Source: Eledone cirrhosa (taxonomy: Eukaryota). From it: 64,000 nt of DNA. A program made the position numbers and the translations under genes. Shown piece by piece: positions 38,533 to 53,204 of this stretch (positions within the stretch are counted from its first letter, which is position 1; each line of letters opens with the position of its first letter). A model generated the notes under the pieces. It saw only the letters and a list, made by a program, of their open reading frames with translations, searched no databases and was not told the DNA's origin. The stretch covers positions 9,734,001 to 9,798,000 of the forward strand of contig OZ024747.1 of the NCBI GenBank assembly GCA_964016885.1. Direction: 5' to 3'.

Positions 38533-39840
38533 AAACACTCATGGATACTAAAACTATTGAGACTGCTGTTGTATTAAAAATGTTACTTAATTAATTTGCA
38601 TAATTTAATTTAATTCTTTATTAGTTGTTTTTAGTTAAAACAATTGCATTTTTTTTTAAAATATTTTCTCTACTGACAACTTTCTAGACATATTCTGGTC
38701 GGGGTTACTTAAATACACATCAAGTAGTGAGGTTGATATAATTAACTGTTTTATACCCCTTAACACATGGGGTTTGGGGCTCGGGTCAATAATGTTAGAA
38801 AGGGTTAAAGTGAACAGAGCCACTCCTGCGGGAAGTTCTATTTACTTTCGGTTGGATAAAAGGCTTTTTAAGTTTTGTTCAAATAACACCAAATTCAACT
38901 TCAAATTTCATAGATCTGGGGTCAATAAAATAAAGTACCAGTCAAGTATTGGGGTTAATTTAATCTGCTAACCCTTAATCCCAATTTGTGGCCTTATGCC
39001 TCTCTTAATTATCTTATTGTTATAATCTTAATTATTATTTTTATTTAATAAACTAACCCTTTTTCTTAAATGTGTGGCCTAAGTTAGAATCCATGGTGAT
39101 TATTATTATTATTATTTATACTTATCCTGTGTGAGTTTTCAACATGTTGTTCTTCTTGCTGTTGTACATAAAGTCAATTTTATAATTTTTTTCTTTCTAA
39201 TTTTTGTAAATATTTTTCCACATTTTTATATATTTATTTTGTTTATTTCGATATTTTATTTTTTGTTTTAATATGTTATTTATTTTATTTTATTTTATTT
39301 TAGTTTTTGCATTGGTACCTCAAGCCATTTCGCCTTTGTCATTGTGACTCCTCCACCTTCTGCAATGAACTCCCTTCCCTCTCTCACTTCCACTAATAAT
39401 AATAATAATGATTTCGATATTTTGGAAGAATCTGCAGCTACTTCTATATTGGGGAGACTTACATAGTTGAAGACTTTCGCACTGACCCCCCCCCCCCCCC
39501 TCACCTTTGTAATCCCATATACCAATAATATTATTACCATTATTACCACTGGTATTTATATAGATTTTTATATAAATAACGATAATAAAGAAACAATTTC
39601 CTATTACTATTATTATCACTTTGTCACGCAGTGCAGGTGGATAATGTGCCGGAGTAGTTAGTCACTTGTCAAGTCACAAGGACCTTAGGCAGGTAACACT
39701 TTCCTCAGATTGTGTACAGTACCTAGCAAAGCTACATCATGTATGACAGCCAACCTCTATGGTATTCCCAGTTACTTTAAGAAGTCTTGAAGTTTCCATG
39801 GGATTGACCCCAATGCTCCGATCACATTATTATTATTAGT

Positions 39841-40035
39841 AAGGGCAGTGGATTGGCAGTATCGGTAGAGGGTCGGACGCCATGCTTTGACGCATAGAGT
39901 TACGGCCCTTGCCATTCTGAGTTCAAATCCCGCCGAGGTTAACTTTGCCTTTCATCCTTACGGGGTCGATAAAATAAAGTACCAGTAATACACTGGGTAA
40001 TTGCTGGCCTTGTGCCAAAAGTAGAAACAATTATT
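39841..40035 (+). mobile_element. SINE family 1, full-length copy
   Basis: Near-identical to 6764-6957. Confidence 0.85.
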
Positions 40036-41795
40036 ATTATTATTATTAGTAGTATTATTAATATTGACATCAATGGGACCCTATGGAGTTTAAGTCCCAC
40101 CGGGGTTAATAAAAATAACAGTCCTTGTCCCAAACTACAAATCAATAATAATATTAATTGTAATAATTATTTCTGTATTGGCGACAAAGGCTGATAATTG
40201 TAGTAATACTATTTCAAAAGCCTCTGCTTATACCTTTCGCCCTTCCTTTCGTCCAACATAACCAGCAGCCTTGGGGATGGTTAATTTCATTTTATGAAAA
40301 GATCACAAGAGAGTGGGTGGTAGATGTTTTATTATTGTTTTGGGGGAGTTTTTTTTAATGGGGGAGGGGATGGGGTTAAAATAATGTTAACAACAATAAT
40401 AATAATAATTTGATCTCTGAATGTGGTGACACATTCTACTGATTGTTAAACTAAGCTGATTCAGATATGTAAGACTAGTTTCAATGGTTCATAGTAAGTT
40501 TGAACTCGACTACATGTTGTTAATAGCATGTGGTGTAATCCATGGTTCATATCTCATGTTGTTAACATGTAATGTAATCCAAGGTTTGTACCTCATGTTA
40601 ACACCATGTGGTATAATCCATTATAGGTTTTAATCTCTTAAGTGTCTCTTGGGGAAACTTAAGAAGCATTTAGATGTTTATGTTTTTTCACCTTTCGTTT
40701 AGTTTAGATACCTGTCGAGATTACATGCTTGATAATCTGGGAACATTATCTTCAATAGACTAGCATCCTATCCATTGGGTGTTTCATTTGTCATCTGTTT
40801 AACTTTAACAAACAACAGTTAAACACCATTTTTGTTTCCATTATTGTCTTCCATATCCAGGTTACATAATATCGTGATCAAGATTTCTTTTTTTTTCTTT
40901 GTTGGGGTGGGGGGATTATTGATAATTTTGGGTTTTTTTGGTTGGAGAATAGAAAAATACCTTTTGTGTAGCATTAAGGTAGATGATGCTTCTGTAAACC
41001 ATTTTGTTTTTGTTTTTGTTACCCCTGTTGCTGAAGTCTCCCCTCAAGAAGTTCATTAAATGACAGATTCAGTAAAGAACCCTGATAGAATACCTAATGG
41101 TATTTAGGAAGATTTCTTTACAGTCTGAGATAAAATACCAGTCATATATTGGGTTTGACACAATTGACTGTAGTCTCCATGAAAAGCAAATCATTATTAT
41201 TATTAAGTACTAATACTTTATTCACTTACAGTGATATTGATACACAGGAGTGGATAAGATCTCTTCACCTACTAATTCTATAATCTTGTTTCAAGCCACA
41301 TTTCAAACTATTTCCTTTCATTTAACCCTTTAGCATTTACATTACTCTATATTTACTACTGTATTTTCGTGGAAAAGGCTTTACCTCACATAATATCAAA
41401 TCTATGAGATTTTGATATTATGCATTTTGAGAACAATACCTTAATGTCAGTATGAGTGGCCGCTTATGGCCAGTTTGAAGAGAAAGAGGTTAAAGAATTC
41501 TGGCCGGACATTCTGTGAAACTACAATAGTAAATATAAAGTAATGTAAATGTTAAAGGGTTAATGATAAAGCCCAACATAAACACTAAAAACTTCCCATT
41601 CTGTTACTCCTAAAAATATCTGGCTTCATTCCTATGTTTAAAAAAAAATAATTTATTTTTATTATTGTTATTATTGTTATCATTATTATTAATAATCATC
41701 CTCAGAAATGGATGTCTTACTATATATCATACTTGTGTGGCAATTTATTTTAACTTTTTGCCTCGGGTTTCATACCTGATGTTACACAAACACAC

Positions 41796-41859
<64 letters not shown>

Positions 41860-42242
41860 ATATGTATGTATATAAAGATGTATATGTATGTATGTATGTA
41901 TTTATAATAATGATGATAATAATTTGTATGTTGTTTGGTTTTGCACAATGAAATAAACCTCTATTAGATCCTCTCATCAAAGGTTTGGTCTAGGAAATAA
42001 ATATCACAACTGCTCCACGGATAATTTCTGAAGATGAAGGAATAAATGTATATAAATTATCCAACAGGTTATTAAAATGTTAGGTGTTTAGTTAGCAATG
42101 TCTTTTGGTAGATAAATTAGTCAATTCTCGGTAAATGTTAAATATTTATGATTTGTTGACTAAAGTGATAAGAGGTTAGACTATCTGTTTATGACAGGTT
42201 CAAATTCTTTTGTAGCCTTTTTGTTGTTTCTATTATGACCAT

Positions 42243-42740
42243 GACACTTTATTTTACACTGTCCCAGTTTATATTACACTGACTCAGTTTATATGACACT
42301 GTCCCAGTTTATATGACACTGTCCCAGTTTATATCACACTGTCTCAGTTTATGACACTGTCCCAGTTTATATTAAACTGACTCAGTTTATATGACACTGT
42401 CCCAGTTTATATGACACTGTCCCAGTTTATATGACACTGTCTCAGTTTATGACACTGTCCCAGTTTATATGACACTGTCCCAGTTTATATTACAATGTCT
42501 CAGTTTATATGACACTGTCTCAGTTTAAGACACTTTATATGACACTGTCCAAGCTTATTTTATACTGTTCCAGCTTATTTTATACTGTCCCAGTTTATAT
42601 GACACTGTCCCAGTTTATATGACACTTACTTTACACTGTCCCAATTTATATGACACTTACTTTACACTGCCTCAGTTTATATGACACTTACTTTACACTG
42701 TCCCAGTTTATATGACACTTACTTTACACTGCCTCAGTTA
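42243..42740. repeat. 20-bp minisatellite GACACTGTCCCAGTTTATAT grown from a CORE-SINE remnant
   Basis: The first unit gacactttattttacactgtcccagttta resembles the SINE 2 CORE gacactttatttcacattgctccagttta. Confidence 0.85.
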
Positions 42741-44037
42741 ATACGATGGTCAGTAATTACTACCATATCAATATAACAATGGATTATCTTTTCTCCATAT
42801 ATTAATTAGGAAGTTTTCTTCCATTATTGACATACCCAGCATGAGGAGGAAGCCCCAAGAGATGGAGTGGCTGATACTGTGGGTGTCACTGGCTGTTTCC
42901 TGTGGCCTTCACCATTTTGTCTGTGGGGCAGAACTGAGATATATACAGCCCAGACTGGGGTATAGAGTCTGCAGCTCCCTCACCAGTTTGTTTTCTGTCA
43001 TCTAGCTACAATACGTACAACACTAAACCTATCCTAAATAAATAGCAGCAATGATTTCATTGTATATCCCTTGAATACACAGAAAATACAGAAACCCCTA
43101 TTTAAGGACTTCATTATATTTATTGAAAATTTAGAAACTTCAACATCTAGTCTAACACATTGGACATAAAGTGTCCCTGACAGAAAAACATTGACAGTGT
43201 CTCCTGTCCAGAGGTTTTTATGACCAATTTGTTTGACTAATTTTCATAGTAAAAAAAAAATCTAAATTTTCAATAAATACAAACCCACTCAGCGTTTCTA
43301 AAAATCAACCATTGTTCCTTATATTATTTTTAAAATGTTATTCCTTCCTAAGAATTACTTAGTTTTTACCACAAAGGGCTGCACAATATAATAGAATTCT
43401 TCATTTATCCATGGATGACAGTTGTAAAAGAAAAGAAACACCTATCACCTACACCAAGTGTTTACTTTTTAAATTTTGAAACAGATTCCATTTTTGTGTG
43501 AGTAATTTCGACATGGAAGCCAAATGTCTTATTTAAAATACAGGCAGTTTTCCACCATTTTCGATCTGTTTCTGCTAATGAGAGGATTTTAGATATCTTC
43601 ATTTTTTTGCTAGTTAGGGGTTTGAAGTTAACCAAGAGCACCATTTTTATTTTATTTTCATTTTTGTTCCAAATTTGTTTATATTTTTGTTACATTTTTT
43701 GGTTTGTTTGTTTCTATATATTTATTTATATTTATTTATATATTTTGTTGTTGAAGAGAATAAATGTAAAAACTCACCAGGAAAGTGTTTAAAAAATGAT
43801 TATTTAAGAAAAAGTGAAATGAACTATCACTCACTCACTCTCTCTCTCTCTCCCTCTCCCTCTTTATATACAGTATGCATATGTATCTGTATATATATTA
43901 AGTGAGAAAATACAAGATTTTTATAGATCTCCATACCATGGTTTCATGAAAGATTCCTCTCATTAAGGTGTTTAAGTATTAGAGACTAATTAATTAACCT
44001 TTAATTAATATGTATATATATATATATATATATATGA

Positions 44038-44071
<34 letters not shown>

Positions 44072-44790
44072 TCATGTGTGTGTGTGTGTGTATATGTGTA
44101 TAGTATTATATATTCACCAACACATGCACTCTCAGAGATGTTTACCATTTGTCTTTGAATGTGATGAAGACATTAGTTTTGTAACAAGTCAGAATTCTAT
44201 TACTAACAGTCACTAACATCAACCAATCACATAACAACTTAACAGGTTTTTCAGATTTACTTTTCTCTTTTGATCTTCATTCACAATATTTATTTATTTA
44301 GATCATACCAGTAATATAAAAAAAAATCCTTTTCCTTAAAAATCTAAAGAAACCGCCATTATTATTATTATTATTATTATTATTAGTCGACCCTTGCGGT
44401 CAATAAAGAAATTGAAATTATTATTATTATTATTAATATATGATTATTGCTTGTATTTTTTTGTTTTTGATTTTTTCATCTTTTCATTACAACTACTTCT
44501 TCTACCACCACCACTACTACTACTACAACTACTAACACTACTACAACTACAACCATCATTACTACTACAACTACTAATACCACTACAACTACATCTACCA
44601 CCACCACTACTACTATCAGCCTCAGAAGTATGAAAGATAATGTTTTAGTTATATACTATAGCCAATCCATTTGACTCAACCCTTTTCCTACAAGTTTGTG
44701 GCGTTTGTGGCATTTGTGCCAGTGCAAGAAGTCTTTTTAACCATTGTTGATATTTCTAGAAGGAATTATTCTAATTAAAAACAATTATTA

Positions 44791-44829
<39 letters not shown>

Positions 44830-45235
44830 AGCGAAACTTTGACACTAAAAAAGCAAGAAAGAAAAGGGATTCTATAATAAAAATAATAATTATTATTATT
44901 TCATACGTATTAAAAATAATTACTAGTGATGGCATTTGATAATGATTAGTAGTAGTAATAACTCTATATTATCGATAAAATAAAGTACCAGTAATGCACT
45001 GGGATAATTACTGGCCTTGTGCCAATAGTAGAAGCAATTATTATTATTTCTAGTAATGATAATAATTATTCTCAAATAATATTAATTTTTATTACCTTAG
45101 AGAAGACAAATACAATAAATGTTTATTGTATTTAATGGCAACTAAATTAGCCAACTCATCATTTCTATTTCTATCAACATCACATTACAATCTGTCTGTA
45201 ATTCTTTGAGAGCTTTCAGATACCATATTTCTACA

Positions 45236-45500
45236 TACATACACGTGTGTGTATATATGAGCTTTCAAATGTAATGTTTCAACTTATACACACACGTGTG
45301 TGTATATGTGAGCTTTCAACATATACACACACGTGTGTGTATATGTGAGCTTTCAAATGTAATGTTTCAACTTATACACACACGTGTGTGTATATGTGAG
45401 CTTTCAAATGTAATGTTTCAACTTATACACACACGTGTGTGTATATGTGAGCTTTCAAATGTAATGTTTCAACTTATACACACACGTGTGTGTATATGTG
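45236..45500. repeat. 54-bp tandem repeat, about 5 units
   Basis: atacacacacgtgtgtgtatatgtgagctttcaaatgtaatgtttcaactt-type units, containing an internal palindrome. Confidence 0.85.
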
Positions 45501-45835
45501 TAATTATGTTAAAACCTTTCATTGATGCATGTTTTTCCTTTAGTGTAGGAAACATATTATAAACCTTTTCCTATTCAAACCAAATGTGGTTTTAAAGAAT
45601 ATGGATGGCTCAACTTTACATTGGTTAACAAACTCTTCAGTCATTTCTTTCAATAAACATACACACACATATATATACTTACATACATACTTACATATAT
45701 ATATATACACACACATACATATATTATTTGAATGTAATTATTTAATATCTTGACCAACAAATGTAAAATAAAATATATAAACATAAGTTATCTTTCTCTG
45801 ATGTATATTTTTGCTTTCTCTCTCTTTTCTTTTCT

Positions 45836-45900
<65 letters not shown>

Positions 45901-46853
45901 CATTAAATTCTATCTCCCGGTTTATATTTCAACTGTGTTTTCTGCAACAACTACTACTACTACATTTTGTTTTTCAATCAGAATCTAACTGTGCAATGAA
46001 AGTTTAATAAAATCTCGTTATGATTATTAAATAGAGGTTTGTTTTTTAAAATTGTTTAACTGAATATTTCATCAATTTTCATCGGGACGACAAAGATTCT
46101 TAATAAGAGATTCACAATTGTATGTTGTTTTTGTTTTTTTTTCAAAATGTTTTCAAATGTTTGTAAGTTGTTCTATACACTCACTCACAGATATATATAT
46201 ATATATTATGTATTATATATATATGTGTATTTGTGTGTGTATGTATATATATGTATATGCATATGTATGTATAAATATGTGTATGTATATAAATATATAT
46301 ATGTATAAATATGTGTAAGCATATATATATATATATATATATGTAATTATTTAAAGCTTTTTGTGATTATTTTTTTTTTCTTAATCTTCAATGCTTGCAT
46401 TTTATAAAAATTATGTTTAAAAAAAATTTTTTTTGTTTTTTTGTTTTTTTTTAATGCGAAAATAATATGAATAATAATGATACTGAAATTTTTTCTTTTG
46501 TTTTTCATTTTTATTTTGTAAATTGAACAAAAAGTTTGCCTACACTACCACTATACCACTACCATTATTACAACCATTAACATTACAAACACTAAACTCT
46601 ATAACACTATTACCACTACTATGGTGATTACTTACAACCATTAACATTACAACTAAACTATTACAAACACTATCTCTACAACACTATTACCACTACTATG
46701 GTAATTACTTACAACCAGCATTATAATAAATTTGCATGAGACGGTCTTTTGAAGGAAACAAATCTGTTGTTTAAAGTTTTCTTACATGCTAAAAAGAACA
46801 ACTTAATTCTACTCTATTAAATATTTGATATTTCACTGTTCCATACATATAAG

Positions 46854-46884
<31 letters not shown>

Positions 46885-47883
46885 TGTGTATGTGCATATT
46901 TATATATATAATATATGCATATATATTGTGTATGTATGCATATTTATATATATAATATATATATGCATATATATTGTGTATGTATGCATATTTATATATA
47001 TAATATATATATGCATATATATTGTGTATGTGCATATTTATATATATATATATATATAATATATGCATATATATTGTGTATGTATGCATATTTATATATA
47101 TAATATATGCATATATATTGTGTATGTATGCATATATATATATATGTATATCTATATATATATATATGTGTGTGTGTGTATACATGACTAAGTGTAAAAT
47201 GAGAGAAAAAGTACTCAATAAGTGTAGTTGAGTTTATACATTCAAAGCTGATTATTTATTTTGTTTCTACTCTGAGTTTCTTATTTGTAACAAAGAGAAA
47301 GGTGTTGGTAATAGATACTCCACATGAATTGGGTAGATTTTCTCTTGTTTGGACATCTTAATACATATATATAATGTGTATGTCTTTGTATATAGGTATA
47401 TATATTTATATATATATGAATGTGTCTCCATATATATTATGTATATATATATACACACACATGTATGAACATCCAAAAGCAGCAGTGGCCGTGGAGGCTT
47501 TGCACCCCACCACCCTGTGGTGTAGGCCTGTGAAAATATTGTGCATTTCATTTCATAAACTTTTGGAAATAGCTTTATTTATTTCATTAACTTATTTATA
47601 TATAAATATAATTCTTTGTTAATTTTTGAGTTCAAGAAATAAAGAGTGAAATTACATGAAACTTTATTTTTTGTTATTTTTTTTCAAACAAATATTTTTT
47701 AAATGAATATATGCACACACACACACATTTTACTGTCAAACAATACTTTTCTTGGACAAATGAGAAAGTATGCAGCTCACGAGAAGAACCTGTATTTTAA
47801 ATAAATTATATCCTGGAGATTTAAGTTCCTTGCTAGATTGACCTTTGATCTTGAAACTGAATTAGGATAAAGGAATTCAATTG

Positions 47884-47929
<46 letters not shown>

Positions 47930-48230
47930 CAGAGTTTTGTAGCTTACTGGAAGCATTGTTTAATAGGAAACACAAATTTAAATTTTGAAGACCAACACAA
48001 TGCGTTATGAAGAATGTTAAAGTGCCAAGATAACAAAAGAATCTTACCTCAGCAAATTTAACAATCCCAAATATTTTCTAGTTTAAAACCCATTATCAAA
48101 GGAGTAACCCTATAAGAGACTTAAAATCGATCAGATTGATTTGTTTGTATGGGAGCAGATTTAAGTGAAATGAGATGAAAAGATGTTAAAATTTCGAACG
48201 TATATATATATATATAAAAAGTGACAAACC

Positions 48231-49610
48231 AAAGATGATACTTCAAATTTTATTAACATCTATGCACGCCTCAGGACATCAATATAGGATCTGGAGAATA
48301 CAAGTCCCAGAGAAAGAAGACAAGAAGTCATAGAGAATCAAGTAAAGAAATTGAAGTCTTCCCCAGAGACGCATATGTAAAACAGTTGATTAGTTGAGCA
48401 AAATGAATTGTAAGTTTTTTCAAGCATCATGTAATTAGTTATAAATGTAAGGTAAAGTTATAATAATGGAAGTTTGAAGTGGTGTCAAATTAAAATTAGT
48501 AATCTTTGAAAAAAAAATCCAAATATAGAATAACGTATTCCGTTACAATTTCAGCCACAAAAATACGTATATTTACTATAAATACGATGGTGAACTACGC
48601 CATAAGTGGATATTGTGTTATGTACGAGTTACTATGATATATCTACGAATTTAAATGTAAAAAACCTGTGTAGAGCTACTAAAAAATTTAGACAAAACTT
48701 AGTTTAATATTAGTGTTATGTAGCTCAAATGTCTAATATAAAAAGGTGTGTTACTTATTAAGGCTATAGGCGGAAGAAGGTGATTCTATTAATTGTTTAT
48801 TATGTTTGGTCACATAATAGTAAAAAGAATTTCTATGTAGGCAGGTTGACACTATTCAGACTTCCTATTCAATAAACGTAGATTAAACTTAGTTATCAAG
48901 AGGCACTCGGATTGCATTTTGTGCTCCCTTGTACGTAGGGTTTTGCTGTTTTCAAAATAGACCATGATGTTTGCGTTTTTTAGATCCCATAGGTGACTGG
49001 CTAGCGAGGTAGAATTCCTATATCTTTTCGTAGGTATATACATGAGGTTTTTTTACATTTAAATTAGTAGATATATTATAGTAACTCGTACATAACACAA
49101 TATCAACTTATAGAATATGTCCCCATCTAATTTGTAACTGAATACGTTATTCTAGATTTGAATATATTTTCATAGACTACTGACTTCAATTTGACACCGC
49201 TTCCATCTTCTATGTTTACATTACACCACTGCCATGTCACAATAACGCCATCTATGTATTAACAAATAGTTCTTTTCTGTTAAATGAAAACTTTAGTAAG
49301 TAGATAAAGAATATATTTCTCTCAAATATAAACCGTATCATAACTTTTACTTTACATTTATAATTAATCGTTTGATACTTGAGAAAACTCACACTTTATA
49401 TTGCACAAATAATCGACCGCTTTTCACATCTGTTTCTGTTGAAGACTTTTCAATTTCTTTACTTTATTGACTGCGACTTCTTGTACTTTCTTGGAGACTT
49501 GTATTCTCCAGATCCTACATTGACGTTCTGAGGATATTTTTGTGTCACCTGTTAACATTAAAATTGAAACGTGTGTAGGCGTTGATAAAATGATTTCAAG
49601 TATCATCTTT
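48231..49610 (-). mobile_element. Penelope-like retroelement remnant with inverted pLTRs and a GIY-YIG C-terminal fragment
   Basis: Inverted arms 48231-48667 and 49045-49610. The spacer encodes (-) RYRNSTSLASHLWDLK...LLNRKSE/IVSTCLHR, matching by recall the PLE endonuclease tail STxLSxxIWxLK...LLNKRSExxSxCRH. Confidence 0.8.
49520..49585 (+). ncRNA. Type I hammerhead ribozyme in the PLE inverted pLTR
   Basis: TTGACGTT-CTGAGGA-T-ATTTT...AAAAT-T-GAA-ACGTGTGT-A/GGCGTTGA. The opposite arm (near 48255-48292) has lost helix II and GAAA. Confidence 0.7.
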
Positions 49611-49925
49611 GAACTCAGAACGCAAAGGGACGTAACTATATGTCACAAAGCATGTTGTCTGACGCTCTACCGATACTACCAGTCTACCGCCCTAATAATA
49701 ATAATTGTTTCTACTTTAGGCACAAGGCCAGCAATTTGAAGTGGTGGGGGTAAACATCAACTAAATCGACCCCACTACGTTACTTGTGCTTTATTTTATT
49801 GACCCAGTAAGGATGGAAGCAAAGCTAACCTCAGCAAGATTTAAACTCAGAACGTAAAAGGCCATATCTCTATGCCATTAAGCATACTGTATGGGGTTCT
49901 AATGATACTACCAATCTACCACCCT
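49611..49925 (-). mobile_element. Two tandem SINE family 1 copies
   Basis: Reverse complement head at 49611-49695 and a longer copy at 49700-49925. Confidence 0.7.
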
Positions 49926-50404
49926 AATATAATAGTAGTAGTATCAGGAATGTTAATTACACCTCAAATTCCATTATATTGGTCAACATGAATACAATAA
50001 AATAATTAAGACATCATCAGGGGTTTTTTTAATTACAGTAATGTTCATTAAGAGTTTTGGGACTATTGACATGATTTTTACTTAGATATACTCCTCCTCC
50101 TCTTTACATCATAACTGCTTGTGTAAAGGTTGTACAGTCTGTGGTTTGATGTGTGTGTTGTGAAGGAGTGTGTGTTTGTGTTGTGAAGGAGTGTGTGTGT
50201 TTGTGTATGTGGGTACCTCTCTTTACATCCTACTTTTTATATAAAGGCTGTACCATCTGTGGTTTGATGTATGGGTGTGTATGTTATGGAGGAGTGTGTG
50301 TGTCTGTTGACCATCTGTGGTTTGATGTATGTGTGTGTATGTTATGGAAGAGAGTGTGTGTGTGCTGTGAAAGAGTGGGTATGTTGTGAAGGAGTGTGTG
50401 TCTG

Positions 50405-51100
50405 TTAACTAAAGTAGGCTGGGTTTTTGTACAACTTTCTGTGCATTTCATCTAACATTTGACAATATTTTATAGTTGTAAATATTTCTCCTCATTTCAA
50501 GTAACTGTAGGGAAATATTCCTTCAACAGCCCACCATACTGTCACTGTGAAGTTTTCTTTCCTGATACAACACAAGCTTTGTAAAGTGCTTTAGTGCTTC
50601 ATTCTTGACAAGCCACTGGGCAGACCTCATTGTGTGGTTCTTGAGAATCAACTTTTCATAACACACTACGATACACTTGAGGAATGGATTGTTTTCATAC
50701 TTAAGCAAACAGAACTGAACAAAGCATGTGATATAATTATTTCTGTTTCTTAATTTATATAGAATCCATTTATTGATCTTCTTTGTTCTTTCCAATTGCC
50801 TTCAAGTGCCTGGAAATGGTTGATTTAGATTTTTCCAATATTGTATGCAAGACTACAGACCTATATTGAAGGGTCTGTCTCTATAGCTCCCCTAACAATA
50901 TTGGGATTGAGGGTTCTCTTCTTTCCTTGTTTGGTTAAAATCCTCAAGACTTTTGTGACCTTTCTGGAACCTCTTCAGCTGCCTCTGAACACCAACAGAA
51001 CCTTCACCAACAGAACCTTCACCAAATCTGTTACTGATATTTGCTGCAGTTGCAGAAAAACCATTTTTCTCACAAAGAAAAATCAAATGGAATTTGTTTT
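50405..51100 (-). mobile_element. Decayed mariner transposase
   Basis: N-terminal HTH IFL...NI...FGEGSV...KRF.KG..SLED. Catalytic region PFLKCIVVCYEKLIL (from IVTCDEKWI), RSAQWL, TVWW and YCQMLDEMHRKL. Many stops and frameshifts. Confidence 0.85.
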
Positions 51101-52781
51101 TATTTCTGTTTTATTGATTGAACACTTATAGAACCAAATAATCCAGAAGAAATATCGTTGGTTAATAAATGTCTGCTCCAACAACCACTTCATTGTAGGG
51201 TGTTAGATTTAAAGAGAAATCTTATTTTCTTCATTAATTACATTCTATGAAAGAAAAAGCATAAAAAATGGTTTGCATGTGTCTGTGTGTGTATGTATGT
51301 TCTCTCTTTTAATTTTCAATTTATTTTTAACTGGCCAGAAATGGAAATTGTCGTTTGTGTCTTATGTAATCCTTTGAATTATAAGAATGTTTTACAAATT
51401 TTGAAGGTCCCAGATATCATAGCCATTTGTTGCTTTTGAATTAAGGAGCTATGTTCTTTCTCCACAAATCCAAATTCAGTTATACTTTGGTCCAGGCAGG
51501 TTGGTATATAACCTGTAGCTCCAATAATAACGGGTCATTTTTTTCAAATACCTTGACAGCTAGACAATGCATAAACAGTTGCAATATGTAGCAGCTATCG
51601 AAGTAACCTTTCATAAAATTATGACAGAAGTTCTTTAGACAGATATAGGCACTGGAAAATAGAAAGTTTTGTATAATAAAACCAAGAGGTGGTTTCAAGG
51701 GTTTTGGTATCAAGAAGGTTAAAGAGATTAACAAACAAAAGAACTATTGAACTGTGTTTTCTTATATGAAGTTTATTCATTATTTATTCCACGTTATCTC
51801 CCAGAGGAATTCCTGTTGTGTAACTCTGCTTCTTTAACATGTAAGATATCATATAACCATAATGTTAGTTATACTTATATGTTAGTTATACTTATATGTA
51901 TTCAGGTAAGAATGTTGATCATAACTGAGATAAAACATGGTTGGAACAGTTTTGATCTGAAGATAACATTCATAGTACTGTTATATATATTTTCTTGGCA
52001 TGGATCCTGTTGTTGGTGTTTATGATTGTCATTGAAGTTTGTAGAATCTATTTATATATAATTCTAAAGAGTCAGGACCCAATGGCTGAGATCTTGCTGT
52101 TTCAACAGCTAGTTCCAGACTGTCTGGAACTAGCTGTTATATATATATATATATATATATATATAACAAATGAAGATAACAGATGAAGATAACAGATGTA
52201 TGCATATACATGTGAGTGTGTATAGAATATATATATATGTATGTATATAGTAAGTAGGACTTTAACCATCCCATACCATATTAGTCATACAGAACTCCTC
52301 ATACACAGGTGACTAATTTTTAAGAAATATTAAAACCCCATAATGTTGTTTTTATTACAGTGCACCAAAGCAAGGCCCGTAACTCTCCTTGCTTCAGTTT
52401 GTCTGATTGTACTAAACATAAATTCCACTCCTTTCTTCACAGTTATGAGGTTAGCAGGTGTCAGAAAGGTATTCATTAGTTAATGCAATAATTGTACCTC
52501 AAAATAGTCTCTCGTATCATTGCTAACATGGTAAAATAAATGTAAAGCAAGTATGAGTATTGTGTGGGAGGAAGAGATATGGCTTTACCTGATATCTTTT
52601 CCTGAAGAGATGTGGCTTGGGGTAATGCACTTATTGTGGAGTTAATTAACTGAACATTTTTCGGTTTTCTCCACTATTGGTGTATAATTTCTGGCTGTAT
52701 TGAAACATTCGTAAATGTTTAAGTAACCAACAATGATTTTAATCTTTGGTCTTACTGAATATATATATATATATAAGTTTA

Positions 52782-52970
52782 TCTCAGGTTCAATCGGGGG
52801 TAACCACAGTAAGCAAGGTACTCAATACATAGCAGAGTAAAATATTTAATATAGAAAGGCTTCTACAGGACTAGAACTGTTTCATTCAGGAGAAATCATC
52901 AGGAAGCCTGATGATTTCTTTTGAATGAAACAGTTCTAGTCCTGTAGAAGCCTTTCTATATTAAATATAT
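52782..52970 (-). mobile_element. Family B fold-back miniature element with two overlapping inverted HHRs
   Basis: Palindrome 52842-52969 centred at about 52905; flanked by (TA)n. Confidence 0.8.
52857..52909 (-). ncRNA. Type I hammerhead ribozyme (family B)
   Basis: AGGCTTC-CTGATGA-T-TTC-tcct-GAA-T-GAA-ACAG-ttctagtc-CTGT-A/GAAGCCT. 7-bp stem I, GUA triplet, U.U at 10.1/11.1. Confidence 0.75.
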
Positions 52971-53170
52971 ATACATATATATAGTGTAGTGAATGCCTTA
53001 AAAAAACTTTAAAAAGCTAGGAGAGCCCTCAGTCTGAGGACAAGTTGTAATGTACAAAATTAGTTTAAATTCACAAGAGTGAAAAACATGCATTTCACTG
53101 TAGAATTATTTCTGCAGCTCGTCAGTTGAACATCTTTGAAATGTAATCTATGTTGACAGGATTTGAGTTC

Positions 53171-53204
<34 letters not shown>

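Noticed and set aside
37195-38594. ORFs of 400+ aa in all frames
   Set aside because: Artefact of a stop-free 20-bp minisatellite.
34877-47660. Very long RUSC 3' UTR ending at AATAAA near 47638
   Set aside because: Plausible, but many AATAAA sites occur in this AT-rich DNA; it cannot be supported without transcript data.
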